IMG/VR virus record: IMGVR_UViG_3300001528_000621
Span: 96,001 to 160,000 of that record
DNA: 64,000 nt
Strand: one strand, 5' to 3'
Source: a virus
Lineage: Duplodnaviria > Caudoviricetes
Shown: one piece after another, positions 58,733-64,000 of the stretch
Layout of the letters: every line of letters begins with the position of its first letter
Position numbering within the stretch: the first letter of the stretch is position 1
Position numbers and translations under genes: made by a program
Notes under the pieces: model-generated
What the model saw: the letters and a program-made list of their open reading frames with translations, nothing else
What the model was told of the DNA's origin: nothing
The model's database searches: none

Positions 58733-59461
58733 ATGCTAACAGAAAAACAGAGGAAAGCTCTTTTAGAAGCTATTCAAGATCCGAAGAACAGTAAGAAAAC
58801 ATTAGAGGAATGGACAGCAGATTATGACGAGTATGATGATCCTACAAACGCTTCTTGGTATACAAACGAAGAGGAGCGTCTAGAGTATGAGGTTTTTCGA
58901 GAACTAGATATGGATCCTAATGAAGTGTCTGATGAAGATGCTGAACGAGTAGCAAACGCTATTTACACTGTCTACGATCAGCTTAAATTTGATGGTAGGC
59001 CGGAAGATGTGCAGATTGTAGTAAAGCAATTATTTGATAAAAACTCTTTAAACTTAGATAAAGCTGAAAGTGTAAAGGAAAACAAGAAATTTGATTATAA
59101 ACAATACCTGACCGAAGGGTGGCTTCTTCAAGAAGCAAAAGCACCGCAGCAGAAAGATCTTTATAAAAATCGAGCAGATAGAGCTAGCAAGGGTAACTGG
59201 AAAGGCAGCATCGGAAAGTACGTAGAAACCCGTGGAGAAGAACTCAAGAAAGCTTTTGAGTCTGGAACTCTTAGGCATTACGTTCAGACAAAGATGAAAT
59301 CTGCTCTTAAGTCAGAAGAAGATCGAAAATATTTAGAGAATATTGAAGTAAGCTCTAAGACTGATATGAAACTTTACAGTGCTCTTTATAATATTGCTTT
59401 AAAGGGTGCCGGTCTGGGCGGAGAAAAGGCTCACGGAATTAACGTTTCTTCAAAGAAGTAG
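58733..59461 (+). CDS. late protein, possibly head-internal
   Basis: TATTTAT at 58652; LTE/LLE/LQE motifs. Confidence 0.6.
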   Translation: MLTEKQRKALLEAIQDPKNSKKTLEEWTADYDEYDDPTNASWYTNEEERLEYEVFRELDMDPNEVSDEDAERVANAIYTVYDQLKFDGRPEDVQIVVKQLFDKNSLNLDKAESVKENKKFDYKQYLTEGWLLQEAKAPQQKDLYKNRADRASKGNWKGSIGKYVETRGEELKKAFESGTLRHYVQTKMKSALKSEEDRKYLENIEVSSKTDMKLYSALYNIALKGAGLGGEKAHGINVSSKK

Positions 59462-59488
59462 AAGAACAAAATAAGACACAGACAGATA

Positions 59489-59526
59489 TGCGTATTTACG
59501 GTTTTTCGTAAGTACGCTTTCTTTTT
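59489..59526 (+). terminator. intrinsic terminator
   Basis: GCGTATTTACG-GTTTTT-CGTAAGTACGC followed by TTTCTTTTT. Confidence 0.75.
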
Positions 59527-59559
59527 GGCTAATGTCTATTTATTAAAAAGGCATTAGCC
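59527..59559 (+). promoter_or_regulatory. hairpin enclosing a late promoter and covering the translation start region
   Basis: GGCTAATGTCT/AGGCATTAGCC 11-bp stem with TATTTAT at the top; ends 1 nt before the GTG. Confidence 0.75.
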
Positions 59560-60375
59560 GTGAAGTACTATTTTTACAGAACAACCAATCTGATCAACGG
59601 GAAATACTACCAGGGAGTACATCATTCCCTGAATCCTGAAAAAGATCCGTATTTTGGGTCTGGTCCCGGAATACAGGCTGCTGTAAAAAAGTACGGTCGA
59701 GAAAATTTTAAGGTTGAGATACTTCGGGACGATTTTAAAAGTATGAAGGAAGCCTACGAATACGAAGCTTCCATTATTACTCTCGATTCTTTAGATTCTA
59801 GAATTTGCTACAACCAGGTTCCCGGTGGTAAAGGAATTCGAGACGGAGTCATAACCGTGTCAAAAGGAGAAACAGAAATCAGGATTCACAAAAAACTTCA
59901 AACAGGTTATGAAGAGATGGGATGGGTCAGAGGTAGATCTCAAAAAGCTCGAGAAAATGTTTCAAAGGTACGTAAAGGAAAACCTAGTAAACAAAAAGGA
60001 AGATTATACTTACATAGAGGTTATGATGAGGAGATAAGAGTAGAAAAAGATCAAATTTTACCTTATCTCTCCCAAGGATATGAGCTAGGACACTCACAAG
60101 CTAGCAAAGATAAAATAAGCAATGGAAGAAAAGGCTATTTTTGGATTAATAACGGAACACAAAGCTTACAAGTAAAAGATCTATCAGAAATACCAGAAGG
60201 ATTTAAACCGGGCAGACTAAAGGTATCAGAAAACACTAAACAGCTCTTAAGTCAAGCTGCTAGAGGTAAGAAAGATTCAGAAGAAACAAAAGAACGAAAA
60301 AGTAAAGCAAAGAAAGGGAAGTCTTGGGTTCTAGTAAACGGAAAAAGGGTCTGGACTTCTAAAATAGAAAAATAA
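59560..60375 (+). mobile_element. free-standing GIY-YIG (Seg-like) homing endonuclease 1
   Basis: YFYRTTNLINGKYYQGVH, YFGSG, KKYGRENF, YN...GG; NUMOD-like repeats (WINNG, SEETK). Confidence 0.88.
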
Positions 60376-60380
60376 GTAAT

Positions 60381-61238
60381 ATGGCAGAAAATAAAGCAAA
60401 CTACAAAGAGTACCTTAAGAGGAAAGGTTGTGTTTCCGCCATACCTAAGTTGTTCTACATCTTCTACCGAACAGATAACCTAGAGAACGGAAAGTATTAC
60501 TACGGAGTCCATGCAACAGACAATCTACAGGACGATTACCTGGGTTCGGGAAAAATACTTAAAAAAGCTATTCAAAAGTACGGAAAAGAAAAATTTAAAA
60601 GACAGAATCTCAAATTCTTTAACTCTATGTTAGAAGCTTACGAGTACGAAGCTCGAATTGTAACCAGGGACTTGGTTGCCGACAGTCTATGCTATAATGT
60701 GAAACCGGGAGGATTAGGTGGAATGAAAGGAATGGTTACAGTGCATAAGAATGGACAATATTGGAAAGTTAGGATTGAAGATTTAGAGAACACATTAAAA
60801 TTAGATTCAAACATAAGCATAGGTAATAGTCTTCAAGGCAGAGCTTCAAAACTTAAAGGTAGAAAGCAAAGTGAAGAACATGTGCGAAAAAGGTCAGAAG
60901 CTCTTAGAGGTAGGACAGGTCGAAAAGGTATACCTAAGCCGGACGGTTTTGGAGAAAAAATAAGACGAGCTCGATTAGGTAAAGAAGGAAATACGAAAGA
61001 TCGAATATCCGTTTGGAAAGATAGGGTTAGACTCTTGATTCAAAAAAGTGAACTAGATAGATACGAGAAAGAAGATTGGATTAGAACAAACGAATATAGG
61101 TGTGTTCGTAGTGTTGAGACAAACGAGTTTTGTGTGGTTTCTCGAAAATATTTACAGGCTTTTCTAAGCAAAGGCTTTATGAAAAGCAGGTTTTCGGATT
61201 TGAAGGATAATCAAATTAGCTTTAAAGTTATACTGTAA
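60381..61238 (+). mobile_element. free-standing GIY-YIG homing endonuclease 2
   Basis: FYRTDNLENGKYYYGVH, YLGSG, YNVKPGG; NUMOD3-like KGRKQSEEH. Confidence 0.88.
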
Positions 61239-61245
61239 AAAAGTT

Positions 61246-62085
61246 ATGGAAAATCAAAAAGCTGCAAACTATAAAGAGCTATTAAAAGCTGAGTATATAA
61301 AGTGTGTGAAAGATCCTGCGTACTTTATGCGCCGGTATGTATACATACAGCATCCGATAAGAGGTCGTATACTCTTTAACTTGTATCCCTTTCAAGAAAA
61401 AGTCCTTCATTTGTTTCGAGATTCAAAGAATATTATTGTTCTAAAGTCTAGACAGCTCGGTATCAGTACTCTTGGAGCTGGCTATGCACTCTGGTTAATG
61501 CTTTTTCACTCGGATAAAAACGTGCTTTGCCTTGCTACGACACAGGCTACAGCTAGAAACTTGGTTAGGAAGGTCATTTTTGCATACGATGCATTACCGG
61601 CCTGGCTTAAAGTCCCGTCAACGTTTAAGAATAAGCTTTCAATGGGTCTAAAGAATGGATCTAAGATTGAAGCAAAGTCAAGCAACAGTGACGCTGCTCG
61701 TTCCGAAGCCGTATCTTTGCTTTTGGTTGACGAAGCAGCATTCATCGACAACATTGAAGAGACGTTTGCAGCAGCTCAACAGACACTTGCTACCGGTGGA
61801 CAAGCAATGCTATTGTCTACTCCTAATGGTATAGGAAATTTTTTCTATAATACATGGGTTAAAGCTGAGCTTGGAGAAAACACATTTGTACCGGTTAAGC
61901 TTCCGTGGCAAGTCCATCCAGAACGAGATCAAGCTTGGAGAGATAAGCAAGACTCTGATTTGGGTCCAAGGTTTGCTGGACAAGAGTGCGTAGATGGTGA
62001 GACTGAAATTACAGTAAGAGATAAGGATACGGGAGAGGAATTTACGATACCTGTAGAAGAGTTTTACAAGCTTGTTGAGTTCTAA
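61246..62085 (+). CDS. terL: terminase large subunit, N-terminal ATPase part plus split intein N-fragment
   Basis: LYPFQ, KSRQLGIST (Walker A), LLVDEAAF (Walker B), STPNG; ends AGQE|CVDGETEITV... Confidence 0.93.
   Translation: MENQKAANYKELLKAEYIKCVKDPAYFMRRYVYIQHPIRGRILFNLYPFQEKVLHLFRDSKNIIVLKSRQLGISTLGAGYALWLMLFHSDKNVLCLATTQATARNLVRKVIFAYDALPAWLKVPSTFKNKLSMGLKNGSKIEAKSSNSDAARSEAVSLLLVDEAAFIDNIEETFAAAQQTLATGGQAMLLSTPNGIGNFFYNTWVKAELGENTFVPVKLPWQVHPERDQAWRDKQDSDLGPRFAGQECVDGETEITVRDKDTGEEFTIPVEEFYKLVEF
61987..62082 (+). mobile_element. split intein N-fragment (32 aa)
   Basis: Block A C-V-D-G-E-T-E-I-T-V followed by a stop codon. Confidence 0.88.
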
Positions 62086-63245
62086 TGAGGTACTGTTTTT
62101 ATGAAACAACGAATCTCGTAAACGGAAAGAAGTATCTAGGTATTCACGGATCTGAAGATTTTGAAAAAGATACCTACATAGGGTCCGGTACATTACTACA
62201 AGAAGCTATACAAAAGTACGGTAGAGAAAACTTTATTCGTAAAGATATCAGATATTTCAACAAGCAAAAAGAAGCCAGAGAATTTGAAGCTTTATCTATT
62301 ACTCCGGAAATTTTACGAAGTTCAAACTATTACAACATAGCTAAAGGGGGAGGAGGTGGTTCTGTAGGATCTAAACCTTTCTACGAAGGTAAGGTCAGAT
62401 ATCTAGTAGATCCCGAAGCTATAGAAAAATTCAAAGTTCAACATCCGAACGCTGTAGAAGGAGTTCCTGAAGAGATAGGAAAAGAGCACAGTAAAAAGAT
62501 GCTTGGAAGAATTACCGTAAATAACGGAAAAGACCATAAACTCATTTTACAGAAAGATCTTCAGAAGTATATAAAAGAGGGTTGGACTATTGGAACGACA
62601 GAAGAACTTAACCTTAAGAACAGTAACTCCAAGAAAGGTATAAAGATTATGCATCTTGGAGATAGTACTAGACATGTAAGGTTAGAAGATGTAACTGAGT
62701 TTCTGAAGAAAGGTTATGAGTTTGGTCCATCTTCTTGGATTTCCGAACGAAACGGGAAAAGACACAGAGGCTTAGTTAAGGTTTACAAAGGTGCAGAAAT
62801 TAGGTTTGTATCTTCAGATAAGGTAGAGGACCATATAAAGCAAGGATATTGTACAGGAACTTCTTCAGAGGAGAGAAAAGTTAGAAGTAAAGTTAGTAGA
62901 GGAAAGATTTTCATACATAAGGATGATCGAGAAAAGCGAGTTCCTAAAGAAGACATGGAGTCTTATTTAAGAGAAGGCTGGGAAAGAGGAAGATCTAAGC
63001 AAGTTCTTGATCAGTTAAGTATTGTAAATAAAACAACAGCTAAAATAAGAAAGAAGAGATCTAAAGAAGAAGCTGCAACTAGGAAGGTGATCTATACAAA
63101 ATCAGAAGAATTTCAGAGATGGTGGAAAGAAAATAGTAAACACTATTCGAGAATACACTACGCAGTTGGATATTTCTTAAAAGAATTAGGTCTCAGTAAA
63201 TCTGAATTTCTTCATAAGATGAAAGAAAAAGGTGAGTATGAGTAA
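62085..63245 (+). mobile_element. GIY-YIG homing endonuclease 3, between the intein halves
   Basis: FYETTNLVNGKKYLGIH, YIGSG, KYGRENF, YYNIA.GG; repeated ~45-aa units (Y.K.GW..G). Confidence 0.88.
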
Positions 63246-63573
63246 CATCAACTATAATTTAAGGTACGAGGTTTTAGGTAAGTCCGGCTTTCAAGCTTTT
63301 CAGGGAATCCGAAAAGTAGTAAAGTCGTTCTACTATAAGATTACTTTCGAATCTGGTCAAACCTTAAAAGCTTCTGCTAGACACAGGTTCTTTCTTGAAG
63401 ATGGAACTGAAATTTTTGCAGAAAAGCTAAAGAAAGATGTAAAGATTCTAGCTAGAAATGGAAAGTTAGATGTAGTTAGGAAGATAGAAAAGGTCAACGA
63501 ACCTTGTGTAATGTATGATGTTGTTCAATCAAAAGATCACACATATTACACGGGTAACTCATTGAGTCACAAT
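63238..63573 (+). mobile_element. split intein C-fragment (112 aa)
   Basis: Block B S-x-x-H (SARH), block F YDV, block G SHN, +1 Cys at 63574. Confidence 0.9.
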
Positions 63574-64000
63574 TGCGATTGTAATTTTCTAGCGTCCGGT
63601 GATACTGTGTTTGAGTTTGCAGATCTAGAATTCTTCGAAAAGACCCATATGTGTGACCCTATCGAACGAAGAGGAGAAGGAGGAAATTATTGGATTTGGG
63701 AAAGACCAGACTATTCGAGATCATACTTATTATCAGCTGACGTTGCTCGAGGAGATGGAACAGACTATTCAGCTTTTCATGTTTGGGATGTAGAGACATG
63801 TGCTCAAGTGGCTGAGTATAAGGGTAGGATGACACCTAAAGATTACGGTGCTTTTTTAGTTGCAGCTGCTACAGAGTACAACAATGCTCTTCTTGTTTGT
63901 GAAAATGCCAACATCGGCTGGGCCTCGGTCGAGGAGATATTAGCTAGAGGATATCAAAATACATACTACAGTGTATCTGGTGGAGGGACTAAAGTGGAGA
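63238..64000 (+). CDS. terL: split intein C-fragment plus terminase C-terminal nuclease part (runs off the window; not in the ORF track)
   Basis: MSNINYNLRYEVL...SARH...MYDV...SHN|CDCNFLASG...ADVARGDGTDYSAF...ENANIG. Confidence 0.92.
   Translation, partial: MSNINYNLRYEVLGKSGFQAFQGIRKVVKSFYYKITFESGQTLKASARHRFFLEDGTEIFAEKLKKDVKILARNGKLDVVRKIEKVNEPCVMYDVVQSKDHTYYTGNSLSHNCDCNFLASGDTVFEFADLEFFEKTHMCDPIERRGEGGNYWIWERPDYSRSYLLSADVARGDGTDYSAFHVWDVETCAQVAEYKGRMTPKDYGAFLVAAATEYNNALLVCENANIGWASVEEILARGYQNTYYSVSGGGTKVE

Larger units (their letters stand above)
33122..59543 (+). promoter_or_regulatory. late promoter motif (C)TATTTAT
   Basis: Copies just upstream of genes at 33122, 36451, 45199, 51412, 55416, 58652 and 59537; one more at 20055. 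Confidence 0.7.

Noticed and set aside
637-62193. Most minus-strand and nested ORFs in the supplied track
   Set aside because: They are shadows of longer + strand genes with no motif or leader; only 30726..30950 has its own promoter
62083-63240. Group I intron interrupting terL
   Set aside because: No non-coding space for an intron core: the endonuclease ORF overlaps both terL halves, and the intein motifs explain the break
1-64000. Stop-codon reassignment (TAG/TGA) as in some crAss-like and Lak phages
   Set aside because: Conserved genes are full length in the standard code, and TAG/TGA end genes at operon junctions (for example the TAGTG overlaps at 3480 and 37315)
1-64000. tRNA genes, reverse transcriptase, DGR or retron
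   Set aside because: No cloverleaf with a T-loop motif was found by eye in the intergenic gaps and no RT motifs were seen; tRNAscan-SE was not run

Overview
64 kb of a large, AT-rich, lytic-type myovirus genome in the standard genetic code, with almost all genes on the + strand. The host is most likely a Bacteroidales bacterium: leaders are A-rich with no Shine-Dalgarno, promoters resemble the Bacteroidota -7 box, and several protein families are typical of Bacteroidales phages. Left half (1-28 kb): an accessory/early region of small genes, many preceded by a repeated promoter/leader (TATCTTTAG-N4-GAAATTAAAAACAAAAGAATT-ATG; 27 copies here and 29 in the window). It includes a Stealth-family phosphotransferase with a G9 tract, three AEP-like paralogs, a purine/7-deazaguanine uptake cluster (preQ1-I-like leader, Tsx/DUF5020-like porin, YhhQ, SDR, GMP reductase/IMPDH), an ATP-dependent DNA ligase, DUF932, a lytic transglycosylase-like protein, and an ORF-free ~440-nt highly base-paired element behind a late promoter (candidate large ncRNA). 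Right half (28-64 kb): an HD hydrolase, a gp55-like late sigma factor with TATTTAT promoters, baseplate and tail genes, an EndoII-like GIY-YIG nuclease, primase, exonuclease, nucleotidyltransferases and putative head-internal proteins, and three GIY-YIG homing endonucleases. The large terminase gene is broken into two ORFs by an atypically split intein (32-aa IntN, 112-aa IntC) with a free-standing endonuclease between the halves. All family assignments are by eye from motifs; no database searches or folding programs were run.
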